From positions 71,734,604 to 71,798,603 of the forward strand of contig NC_081359.1 of assembly GCF_030684315.1 (NCBI RefSeq): a stretch of 64,000 nucleotides of DNA, given 5' to 3'. The translations under genes were made by a program, and so were the position numbers. The stretch is from Stegostoma tigrinum. Taxonomy: Eukaryota. The notes under the pieces were generated by a model. It was not told where the DNA came from and searched no databases. It saw nothing but the letters and a program-made list of their open reading frames with translations. Positions 50,350 through 60,994 of the stretch are shown in pieces (position 1 is the first letter of the stretch; each line of letters begins with the position of its first letter).

Positions 50350-51725
50350 CTTTCCTGTACTCTTGTCAACTGCCATTTGAAAGACTCCCACGTCTAATGT
50401 AGATTTACCCTCAAATAGCTGCCTCTAATCAATATTCTCCAGTTCCTGCCTAATATTGTTGTAGTTCACCTTCCCCCAATTTAATACCTTCAACTGAGGA
50501 TTGTTGTTGTTCTCTATCCAGGTGTACCTTAAACCTCACAGTATTATGGTCACTACTCCCGAAATGCTCCCCCACTAAAATCTCACTCACCTGGTTAGGC
50601 TCATTTCCCAGAGTCAGGTCCAGTATAACCCCTTCCCTGGTGGGACTGTTTATATATTGTGTCAAGAATCCCTCCCGAATGGTCCTTACAAATTCTGCCC
50701 CATCCAGGCTCCCAGCACAAAGTGAGTGCCAGTCAATACAGGGGAAGTTAAAATCACCCACCACAACAACCCTGCTATTTTTTGCATATTTCCAAAAGTC
50801 TATCTAAATATTCTGTCCTCTATCTCCCTCTGATTGTTGGGACACTTGTAGTATACCCTCAGCATTGTGATTTCACCTTTTCTGTTCCTGAGTCCTACCC
50901 ATGTTGTCTCACTGCACAAATTCTCTGATATATCTTCCCCCAGTAAGCTGTGAGATACTCCTTTACCAGTAACGCAAATCTCCCAATCCTTTTACCTCCC
51001 TTTCCATCCCATCTGAAATATCTAAAACTTGGGACATTCAACTGCCAGTCCTGTCCTTCTTTCAGCCAAGTCTCCGTAATCACAACAATGTCAGTTCCAA
51101 GTACTAACCGAAGCTCTAAGTTCATCTGCCTTGTCTATTGCTCTTCTCATATTAAAACACATGCATTTCAAAGACCACCTCCCCTGTTCTTTTCAGCAGC
51201 GCTTCCCTGCCTGTTCTTGGTCATAGTAATGTTTGCTTAGTTTCTACCTTTCTCTCAATTTCTGCATTCACTACCCTAATCTTCTGGTTCCCGTCCCCTT
51301 GCCACATTAGTTTAAACCCTCTGCAACCACTCTACCAAGTATCCCCCCAAGGGAATTAGTCCCGGTCCTGCCTGGTCCAGTTTGTATTGGCCTCTCCTCC
51401 CTAAGAACTAGTCCCAATGCCCCACAAATCTGAAACCGTCCCCTCAAACCATCTTTTCAGGCATGTGCTCATTCTATAAATCCTGCTGTTTGTACTCTGA
51501 CTTGCTCATGGCACTGTTAGTAATCCTGAGACAACTATTTTTGAGGTCCTATGCTTCAACTTTCTTCCTCGTACTCTATATTCTGCTTTTAGGACCTCAT
51601 CCATTTTTTTACCTATGTCGTTAGTACCAACATGTACCACGGCCACTGGCTATCCATCCTCCCTCTCCACAATATCCTGTAACCACTCTGAGACATCAAG
51701 GACCCTGAAACCAGGGAGGTAACAC
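50350..51725 (-). mobile_element. CR1 5' portion (ORF1 end + endonuclease)
   Basis: VVITETWLKEGQDWQLNVP, MVGDFNFPCIDW, PTREGVILDL, HFGSSDHN. Confidence 0.9.
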
Positions 51726-52301
51726 ATGATAACATGAATTTAATGCAGTAATTATTTGTGTTTGTAAATCAAATCTGTTTACAAACTGACTAAAATGTTG
51801 TATTATTTTTAGGCAATACTCTTCAGTTAATAGAGCCTAACTTTAATTTCTTCCTTCATTCGTGTTTGGTGTTGTGCATTGTCAATTACATTGCTTCCCT
51901 ACCAGTTGGCTGAGCTCCAGATCCTCAATTGTCAATTTAGACTTGATGACATTGCATCTACAGGATTCCTTTAACAATCAGTACCACAGGAAAATACTGT
52001 GGACCCCATTGTACAGGTAGAAATGGCTCAACTAGCACATTGATGACACCTTGGATTGAGATGATAGATCAGTAAGAAACTGCCTTACCACTCTTCGAAC
52101 AACCAAGATTGCATTTTATAAAGTCAAAGCAAAGACAAAACTAAAAGCTCTGCAGGTATGAAGAAACATTGAATAGTCTAGCATTGCTCTCCTTCAAACA
52201 GAGGAGGTTCAGGCATAACTTGATCAAGATGTACAAAATAACAAAGATATTGAAGAGTAGACAGGGAAGATTTTCTGAAGAAGGGTCTAGGCCTGAAACG
52301 G

Positions 52302-54773
52302 GGAACCCCGCCCACGGCCGACGACATCATCGCTCCGCCCACAACCTCCACAGCCTGTAACCCCAGAGGAGACAGCCACCCTGAGCCCTGCCGAATCTTC
52401 ACCATCCCCCCAGACCTCCCACTGACTGAGGACGAACGGTCAGTCCTGAGCAAGGGGCTCACCTTTGTCCCCCTACAACCACACATCAACGAATACCAGT
52501 CACGGTCGGACATAGAGCAGTTTTTCCGCCGTCTTCGCCTGCATGCCTACTTCTTCAACCGGGAACCCAACCCTCCTTCCACTGACCCCTTCACCCGCTT
52601 CCAACACAAGTCCTCCTCCTGGACACCACCCCCAGGCCTCCTACCCTCCCTCGACCTCTTCATCTCCAACTGCCGTCGAGACATTAACCGCCTCAACCTC
52701 TCCACCCCTCTCACCCACTCCAACCTCTCCCCCGCAGAACGGGCAGCCCTCCGCTCCCTCCGCTCCAACCCCAACCTCACCATCAAACCCGCAGACAAGG
52801 GTGGCGCAGTGGTAGTATGGCGTACTGACCTCTACATCGCCGAGGCCAGACGCCAACTCTCCGACACCACCTCCTACCGCCTCCTCGATCATGACCCCAC
52901 ACCCGAGCACCAAACCATCATCTCCAACACCATTCATGACCTCATCACCTCAGGGGACCTCCCACCCACAGCCTCCAACCTCATTGTTCCCCAACCCCGC
53001 ACGGCCCGTTTCTATCTCCTTCCCAAAATCCACAAACCTGCCTGCCCTGGTCGACCCATCGTCTCAGCCTGCTCCTGCCCCACCGAACTCATCTCCACCT
53101 ATCTGGACTCCATTTTCTCCCCTTTGGTCCAGGAACTCCCCACCTATGTCCGTGACACCACCCACGCCCTCCACCTCCTCCAGGACTTCCAATTCCCTGG
53201 CCCCCAACACCTCATATTCACCATGGACGTCCAGTCCCTGTACACCTGCATTCCGCATGGAGATGGCCTCAAGGCCCTCCGCTTCTTCCTGTCCCGCAGG
53301 CCCGACCAGGCCCCCTCCACCGACACTCTCATCCGCCTAGCGGAACTCGTCCTCACACTCAACAACTTCTCTTTTGACTCCTCCCACTTCCTACAGACTA
53401 AGGGGGTGGCCATGGGCACCCGCATGGGCCCCAGCTATGCCTGCCTCTTTGTAGGTTACGTGGAACAGTCCATCTTCCGCACCTACACAGGCCCCAAACC
53501 CCACCTCTTCCTCCGGTACATTGATGACTGTATCGGCGCCGCCTCTTGCTCCCCAGAGGAGCTCGAACAGTTCATCCACTTCACCAACACCTTCCACCCC
53601 AACCTTCAGTTCACCTGGGCCATCTCCAGCACATCCCTCACCTTCCTGGACCTCTCAGTCTCCATCTCAGGCAATCAGCTTGTAACTGATGTCCATTACA
53701 AGCCCACCGACTCCCACAGCTACCTAGAATACACCTCCTCCCACCCACCCTCCTGCAAAAATTCCATCCCCTATTCCCAATTCCTCCGCCTCCGCCGCAT
53801 CTGCTCCCACGATAAGACATTCCACTCCCGCACATCCCAGATGTCCAAGTTCTTTAAGGACCGCAACGTCCCCCCCACGGTGATTGAGAACGCCCTTGAC
53901 CGCGTCTCCCGCATTTCCCGCGACACATCCCTCACACCCCGCCCCCGCCACAACCGCCCCAAGAGGATCCCCCTCGTTCTCACACACCACCCTACCAACC
54001 TCCGGATACAACGCATTATCCTCCGACACTTCCGCCATTTACAATCCGACCCCACCACCCAAGACATTTTTCCATCCCCACCCCTGTCTGCTTTCCGGAG
54101 AGACCACTCTCTCCGTGACTCCCTTGTTCGCTCCACACTGCCCTCCAACCCCACCACACCCGGCACCTTCCCCTGCAACCGCAGGAAATGCTACACTTGT
54201 CCCCACACCTCCTCCCTCACCCCCATCCCAGGCCCCAAGATGACATTCCACATTAAGCAGAGGTTCACCTGCACATCTGCCAATGTGGTATACTGCATCC
54301 ACTGTACCCGGTGCGGCTTTCTCTACATTGGGGAAACCAAGCGGAGGCTTGGGGACCGCTTTGCAGAACACCTCCGCTCAGTTCGCAACAAACAACTGCA
54401 CCTCCCAGTCGCAAACCATTTCCACTCCCCCTCCCATTCTCTTGATGACATGTCCATCATGGGCCTCCTGCACTGCCACAATGATGCCACCCGAAGGTTG
54501 CAGGAACAGCAACTCATATTCCGCCTGGGAACCCTGCAGCCATATGGTATCAATGTGGACTTCACCAGTTTCAAAATCTCCCCTTCCCCCACTGCATCCC
54601 TCAACCAGCCCAGTTCATCCCCTCCCCCCACTGCACCACACAACCAGCCCAGCTCTTCCCCCCCACCCACTGCATCCCAAAACCAGTCCAACCTGTCTCT
54701 GCCTCCCGAACCGGTTCTTCCTCTCACCCATCCCTTCCTCCCACCCCAAGCCGCACCCCCAGCTACCTACTAA
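52302..54773 (+). CDS. PLE reverse transcriptase / GIY-YIG endonuclease polyprotein (no initiator ATG; frame open from the 5' junction)
   Basis: Motifs LSKGLTFVP, IKPADKGGAVVVW, LPKIHK, PGRPIVS, MDVQSLYT, GVAMGTRMGPSYA, RYIDD, FLDL, Cys linker CNRRKCYTC and VVYCIHCTRCGFLYIGETKR..RFAEH. The ORF-track frame (52809-54773) extends upstream without a stop to the junction. Confidence 0.93.
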   Translation, partial: GTPPTADDIIAPPTTSTACNPRGDSHPEPCRIFTIPPDLPLTEDERSVLSKGLTFVPLQPHINEYQSRSDIEQFFRRLRLHAYFFNREPNPPSTDPFTRFQHKSSSWTPPPGLLPSLDLFISNCRRDINRLNLSTPLTHSNLSPAERAALRSLRSNPNLTIKPADKGGAVVVWRTDLYIAEARRQLSDTTSYRLLDHDPTPEHQTIISNTIHDLITSGDLPPTASNLIVPQPRTARFYLLPKIHKPACPGRPIVSACSCPTELISTYLDSIFSPLVQELPTYVRDTTHALHLLQDFQFPGPQHLIFTMDVQSLYTCIPHGDGLKALRFFLSRRPDQAPSTDTLIRLAELVLTLNNFSFDSSHFLQTKGVAMGTRMGPSYACLFVGYVEQSIFRTYTGPKPHLFLRYIDDCIGAASCSPEELEQFIHFTNTFHPNLQFTWAISSTSLTFLDLSVSISGNQLVTDVHYKPTDSHSYLEYTSSHPPSCKNSIPYSQFLRLRRICSHDKTFHSRTSQMSKFFKDRNVPPTVIENALDRVSRISRDTSLTPRPRHNRPKRIPLVLTHHPTNLRIQRIILRHFRHLQSDPTTQDIFPSPPLSAFRRDHSLRDSLVRSTLPSNPTTPGTFPCNRRKCYTCPHTSSLTPIPGPKMTFHIKQRFTCTSANVVYCIHCTRCGFLYIGETKRRLGDRFAEHLRSVRNKQLHLPVANHFHSPSHSLDDMSIMGLLHCHNDATRRLQEQQLIFRLGTLQPYGINVDFTSFKISPSPTASLNQPSSSPPPTAPHNQPSSSPPPTASQNQSNLSLPPEPVLPLTHPFLPPQAAPPATY
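54586..54700 (+). repeat. ~39-bp tandem repeat x3 at the PLE ORF C-terminus
   Basis: Encodes PTASLNQPSSSPP / PTAPHNQPSSSPP / PTASQNQSNL. Confidence 0.8.
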
Positions 54774-54934
54774 CCTCATCCCACCTCCTTGACCTGTCCG
54801 TCTTCCCTGGACTGACCTATCCCCTCCCTACCTCCCCACCTACACCCTCTCCACCTATCTTCTTTACTCTCCATCTTCGGTCCGCCTCCCCCTCTCTCCC
54901 TATTTATTCCAGTTCCCTCCCCCCATCCCCCTCT

Positions 54935-54962
54935 CTGATGAAGGGTCTAGGCCCGAAACGTC
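54935..54962 (+). ncRNA. Minimal type I hammerhead ribozyme motif in the PLE pseudo-LTR
   Basis: CTGATGA-A-GGG-TCTAGG-CCC-GAAA-CG-TC: both conserved core boxes, 3-bp stem II, palindromic ACGT stem III, GUC cleavage triplet. Matches the minimal HHRs known from PLEs; activity untested. Confidence 0.75.
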
Positions 54963-55679
54963 AGCTTTTGTGCTCCTGAGATGCTGCTTGGCCTGCTGTG
55001 TTCATCCAGCCTCACATTTTATTATCTTGCTCCTCTGATGCTACTTGGCCTGCTGTGTTCATCCAGCTCTACACCTTGTTTTCTTCGGGAAGATTTGCTT
55101 CCCCTTGTGCAGATGTCAATTACCAAGCAGCACATGTACAAGTTGATCGGTAGAAGGATCATAGGAAGACACTGGCTGTTGGTTGCCTGGAATTTGCTAT
55201 CCTGCTTGTTCATCAAGGCGAAGGTGAAAAGATATCTGCACCAGATATTTTGCAGCAGTTGCTGGAAAGTGGGGTTAGAATGGATGGTTAGTTCATTCAC
55301 CTGTTGCAGCCACGGCGGGCTAATGGCCTGATTTTATGCTATAACTTTCCTACAGTCTATGCCCCTTATCTTGTTTTCTTTAGCACTCAGCCACATGTAC
55401 AGGTAATGTAAAAAAGTCAACTATTGTGGGACCTAAGCATGAACTTTCATTTTTCTAAGGCTATGGAAATCTTGGTTTGGGAACACTCCCATTGCCAGGA
55501 GCTTCTCATCAGCAGGGATAGGAAATATTGCATAGTTGTGGCTCCCACAAACTACGTTGTTACTAAGCAGCAAGACAAGCCACTTCCACTTTCAAACACT
55601 AGTCTGAAGTTGCATCAGCAAAACAACTTGTCTTTATAAACTAGTTTTAATGTAATGAATATTTCGAGACACTTCCTCA

Positions 55680-55965
55680 AAGCAAAATTTGATACCAAGT
55701 CATCGAAGGTATTATTAGTACAAGTGAAAGAACTAGACTTTAACAATGAAAGGAGACCAAAGTAAAGAGGCAGAAAATTCAGGGAGCAATGCTCAGTCTT
55801 TAGAGGTTACGCAGCTGTGGCGTTAGAGTTAGTTTTGTCGGAATGGTGATATTCTGGGATGCAAAGAAGCCAAAATTGTGAAGCGCAGAGAATCTTGGCA
55901 GGTTAAAGAGTTGGAGGAGCTTTCAGAGGTAGGAAGGAGAAAATCCATGGAGAATTGAAAAGAAG
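55680..55965 (-). mobile_element. Probable L2 3' relic
   Basis: Purine-rich stretch resembling a reversed L2 ORF2 end; strongly eroded. Confidence 0.35.
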
Positions 55966-56359
55966 GATTTATTATTTAGGATTTAGATTTTATTGTGGGG
56001 ATACGGGGTGAATTTTATTTTTCTTGGTTAAGTACAAGTTGTCTGGGTTTATGGAGAGATATCTGCCGCAAGCAGGCCAAGCAAGACTTCTTGCTGTATC
56101 TTACCATTCAACCCTCATTAACTACCTGCGCAATCCACCACCCCCCTCACCACTCCCACCCACACACACCCCCAGCCATGGCATCCCTTTTATCTGAATC
56201 TAGCCCTATCTTACAACACAGTGTTCGGAAGAACTCATCACTCACTAGATATCATTGAATTGATTGGCATCTCTGGTGCCATCTTTAACAACCTGTTGTG
56301 CACCCAGACACAAACTGTCAGTCAAGAGGTGCTCTGCACATTCCAGAAGTATATCCTGG

Positions 56360-56600
56360 ATATGACACATAGGGGGAAAATTGGTGCCCCACTTTGTTGG
56401 CAAGGACCTTGAGATCCTGCTGATGTGGCACACAGGCAGGATGTCTTCTTTCCCCACAACCAGCAGTGCGGGCCATGGCACTAGACTGTGCCAGCCTAGT
56501 CACAGTTGCCACCAGGGTCAGCATAGTCTCAGCCATGTGATGTAAGGTACAGCAAAGCAGGAAGAAGGTCAATGACCTTCTCCACTGTCCCAGTGTGAGT
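56360..56600 (+). mobile_element. Harbinger-type Myb/SANT-like gene relic
   Basis: LVPHFVGKDLEILL...QDVFFP...VATRVSIVSAM*CKVQQSRKKVNDL followed by a GTGAGT donor; homologous to 46795-47045. Confidence 0.62.
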
Positions 56601-56811
56601 GCCACCATCTTATCTCCATTGCCTCACACTCACTATCTCTGCTACTGTCCCCACCTCCCACCAAATCTCAGGTTTGATCACTCTCACTGTTGCTTGTAAC
56701 ATCTTGCACACTCACTCTCACCGAATCCAACCTGCAACACCACTCACTCAGGACACCTCACCACATGCAATAAAAGTAACAGCTGTACCATTAACTTTTA
56801 TCTTCTGTAAT

Positions 56812-57060
56812 CTTAGAATTATAGAATCCCTCCAGTGTGGAAAGATGCCATTTGACCCATCGAGTCCACACCTACCCTCTGAAGAGCATCCCATGCAGAC
56901 TCAGACTCCCACCCTATCCTAAGTAACTCCACATTTACCATGGCTTATCCATCCAGCCTGAACATCTTTGGACTGTGGGAGAAACCGGGACACCCAGCAG
57001 AAACCCACACAGACATGGGGAGAATGTACAAACTCCACACAGACAGTCACCCGAGGCTAG
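56812..57060 (-). mobile_element. HE1-type V-SINE, 5'-truncated
   Basis: Reverse complement of the HE1 tail and V-domain. Confidence 0.85.
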
Positions 57061-58364
57061 ATTTCAGCCTGACACTGCAGATCCCAGTCATCTATTCCAA
57101 TCCTGAGTTACATGCCCTGGTACGGAAATTAAATCTCACAACTTTCTAAATATGGCTGTAACTTAACATAAATTAGAACGTGTAACAATCCAACACTTCC
57201 CCAAACCTAAGGAAAGAACAAAACTTAAATATCTTATTATTTGTATCTGTGAGTTAGCAAAAGCAATTACTAGTTAACTGTGATAGGTAAAATGTATCAT
57301 GGCCCAGTTGCCTAGTAACAGATAAATGTACGTAAAGCTCTGGCTGATAGTGAGTTCCTCTACAAATAATATCCTGAACCCAAATGTAATTGATGACTTT
57401 CACTTTCCACATGAGTAATCGCTTATGTTTTTATTTTAATTATCTTGTGGTAACCACTCAGACATTGTGACAACCATTAAATTATCAGTGAACGAAACTG
57501 AGTTGAGAAAGGTACACTGGCAAGCACAAAATTAAATGTTAACCAAAAAGAACAATTTTGATAAAAGATATGAACAAATAATCTAACCAGATAACATCCC
57601 CTTTTGGTCAAGATACTCTGTATTGCTCAGTTGTTAATTTCAACAGCTGGAAGATACAACTGGTTTTGGTACAGGTTCAGACATTCTCACATTCAGAATT
57701 CAATACTGTTGAGGGAAGACCTTAACTTTGGGTAAGGATCCTGAGGGAGCTGAAATGCAGAAACCTGAATCCGGCAGTCAAATAGTTCTGGATTTCTTAT
57801 CCAACACAGCAGACTTTTATTCTGAGTGAGCCAATGTTTAGAAGGACATTGGATGCTTTTTTTATATATTCCTGGTGACAAGGGTTGTTGTTAAAAATCC
57901 AATGCCTCAGTTTTGCTTAGGTTACTATTGCATCTGGTCTAAAATAGTCTAACAATTAAACACAGAATATGGAAGGGACATTTCACTTCCTCAAACTCAT
58001 TTGTAAATACTTCAGTATAAAATTCAGTTAAGAGATAATTTCACATGCAATAACAAGACAGCCCTTCCTCACAAGTGCCTCATCAAAATATTCTGAACTT
58101 GAGACTAAAGGTTCTCTATCACTTAAGTTCTCATTGCAAAAATAGTATTTTTTTGGGTCACTGAACATACTGATGACACATATTAGCATGACACTGACAA
58201 AAAACTGGCTCTTGCTGCTGAATTATGCCTCCAACTGGCCTATCCCAAAATAACAATAATACCATGGTCAAGTCTGAGGGCTGCTTTGTAGACATTCATG
58301 GGAACGTAATGAAAGAATGAGAATCTATAAACTTAAATAGAATTTGTATCAACTAATAAAATGT

Positions 58365-59240
58365 AAAGTATAAGTTAGGAACAAAGCTATACTGGTCATC
58401 CCCTCGAACCTGATCCACCTCCAAAAAGATCATGGCTAATCTGATTGCTCCCTTTCCCTCCGAATTTTTCACCCATTGCTTATCAAAAATGTATCTACTT
58501 CTGCCTTAAAAATATTCAAAGGCTCTGCTTTCTCTGTCTTTCAAGGAGGAGAGTTCAAAAAACACATGACACTCTGTAAGTTAAAATTTCTTCTCATCTC
58601 TATCTTACATGGGCAACTATTTATCTTTAACCAGCGACCTCTAGTTCTAAACAAGAGTACACATCCTTTCCACACCCCCTGTCAAGACTCCTCAGAATCT
58701 TATGTGTTTCAATCAAGTCACCTTTTACTCTTGTAAACTCCAGCGTACACAAGCCCAGCCTGTTGATCTTTTCATCACGAGAAAACCCAGTAATTCTTGT
58801 TGTAGTCCCACACGTTATTCCATTTGTCATTTCCTTGTCCACTCGCTTAAGCCTACCGGCCTGTAGTTTCCTGCTATCTGTCTTCCTCCATTTTGAAGAA
58901 AGTAGTTACATTTACTATTTTCCAAATCTAGGGAGTGTTGTAAAATTGATACAAATGCATCAACCACCTGCAGAAAAAGAGTCTGAAAAAGAGTCATAGT
59001 GGACTGAGATATTAACTCTGTTTCTGTCTCTGCAGATGCTGCCAAACCAGCTGTGTTTCTGCAGCATTTTCCCTTGTTATTTCAGATTTCCAGCATCCAC
59101 AGTATTTTGCTTTTATACACATCAACTCTCTCACTTGTCACTTCTTTTTCGACCCTAGGTTGAAGTTTATCGGGGCCCTGGGACTATTCAGCTCCAGCTC
59201 CAACAACTTTCTTGGCACCACTCCCTCAGCAATTGTAATT
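58365..59240 (-). mobile_element. CR1 fragments (3' end and RT piece)
   Basis: RLGLCTLEFTRVKGDLIETHKIL and GGRQIAGNYRPVGL. Confidence 0.78.
58981..59115 (+). mobile_element. PLE pLTR-type short element, decayed hammerhead
   Basis: CTGAAAA-AG-AGTC-ATAGTG-GACT-GAGA followed by cagatgctgcc...tttccagcatccacag tail shared with the other pLTR elements. Confidence 0.55.
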
Positions 59241-60436
59241 ATCTCTGCCTAGCCTTCAGAGACTGAGTATTCCCCCCAAATTTTCTGTCATTTATTTCTC
59301 TCTTCTTTCACGACATATTTAAAATGTCTTCCTTCGCCTTCCTATTATGACCTTAGATGGTTTGGTGTAAAACTTTGCTTCAAGGAAGTGTCTTGAGATA
59401 TTTATCCCATTGAAGAAAACCTGGCAATTAACAATCAATTATCGATAATTGGTACATTCTGTACAGCAACATATCAACCAGGCAGAAACCATTTGCCAAC
59501 CAATGAGCACTCTCTTCTTTTGCAGTATTCATGTTAGTTTTCCTCTTGAATTGTTATTGAGAATGGCCCTGTTGAGTGGAAGATGAACAAAATATGTTTT
59601 TTTATGCAATACTCAAGTTCTGTACAACCAAATGACTACATATTTGTCAAAAGTATCACCACAATGAATTCATTTTCCTGATATACTTGACAGATGCAAA
59701 GAGAAAAGGCATTACCTTCCTTTAGAATAGAATTTGTCTCTTTTTAAGTAGGCATTGATTTAAATGTTGCATCAAGTGTTGAAAATGCTGATATTTAACA
59801 TATGCACTTTTCTTCTTTGACATAAACTAAATACATTTGCTTTCTGTGCTATATTTCTATTTTAATTCAGTTTTACATTGATACTATTGTTAAAAGAAAC
59901 ACTATACTATTCCTTCCTGATATCTCTTTTGTCAGTAAAAGGTCCAATCCAACATAATATAGAACAACCTTATCATTTTCCGATATTGTCAATTATTAAG
60001 TCCCAAATATAACAACAATAGAATGAGATAAATGATTTATTTAGCTACTTATTTTGTAGGCACAGTAACTTAGGACCAATAATGGGTGATTGCCCACATA
60101 GAATCTTTGATCTATGAATGTAAAATCATATGCTGTAAGTGTATAACTGTCTTTTATGCACTCTCAGGTACTGTCCCAAGAATGCTAGATGGAAGATTTA
60201 CCTTAATAATGTTTCAAGATGCTCCCAATTCAGTGAGAAAGACAGGTTTTCCAGCATATTCTTGGGTAAACCTAAATCAGTCACAAATATCTGAAGCTCA
60301 TCTGGAAAAAGATAGGTTTCCTTTCAACAAATAGTATGAATGTACAACATTGTGATGACATTTATTGTCAGTGATTAATACTATAAAAGGAACCATCCAA
60401 GAATTTAAGATAAAGCTCTTTCGATATGAGTACAGG

Positions 60437-60459
60437 CTGACTGACTGACTGACTGACTG
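60437..60459. repeat. (CTGA)n tetranucleotide microsatellite
   Basis: gctgactgactgactgactgactg. Confidence 0.85.
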
Positions 60460-60994
60460 TCATGGCGCTGGATTATGAACATTATGAAGTTCTATTTTGG
60501 TGACATGCCAAAAAGTCATGGATATCAAAGGACTTCTGTTCCCTCCACTGCATCCTTACAGGTCATCAAACAGCATTCTCTTTTTCTGTGATTTGTGGTA
60601 AATATTTGGTGCCCTTCTTCTATACATCAAATATTAGAACATTCTGAGACGTATCCTTAGGATCAAAGGCTTAATTTGATTTTTAAGTCACATTAATCAT
60701 ACCACCAAAGCTTCATTTTGAATCTTACTATAAAGTGTAATGTACACATACTCCATTGAAATAACTACAAAAATTATTTACATTGGTTTAAGTGTATGTT
60801 GAAGGGTAAGATAGGAAATGTGTTTAATTGTAAAAACTGATACAGTATTACAACAAGTTCTAGTAGTTCGGAACATTGAAAACATCACTTTTATGATTAG
60901 AAATTTCTGTTGATGGAGAAAGTACCAAGCTGACTATTCAAATAATCACTTCAGATTGTCAGCATTTGTGAGAGTGAATTAAATCTACCAATAG

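Larger units (their letters stand above)
52301..55029 (+). mobile_element. Penelope-like retroelement (Neptune-type), 5'-truncated, young
   Basis: C-rich, CpG-retaining block with an uninterrupted RT-GIY-YIG frame, followed by a 3' pseudo-LTR segment containing a hammerhead motif. Confidence 0.95.
52274..55086 (+). mobile_element. Short hammerhead-bearing PLE-derived element split by the Neptune insertion (parts 52274-52300 and ~55028-55086)
   Basis: 10-bp TSD GGGAAGATTT at 52264-52273 and 55087-55096. The two halves join into the sequence of the 9041-9138 element minus about 10 nt. Confidence 0.8.
52160..55300 (+). mobile_element. Old CR1 3' fragment hosting the nested insertions (parts 52160-52273 and 55097-55300)
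   Basis: LLSFKQRRFRHNLIKMYKI resembles the CR1 ORF2 C-terminal LFSLExRRLRGDLIEVYKI and continues after the TSD. Confidence 0.7.

Noticed and set aside
52547-54792. Many overlapping alternate-frame and antisense ORFs in the PLE
   Set aside because: Expected by-products of a C-rich, stop-poor coding sequence.
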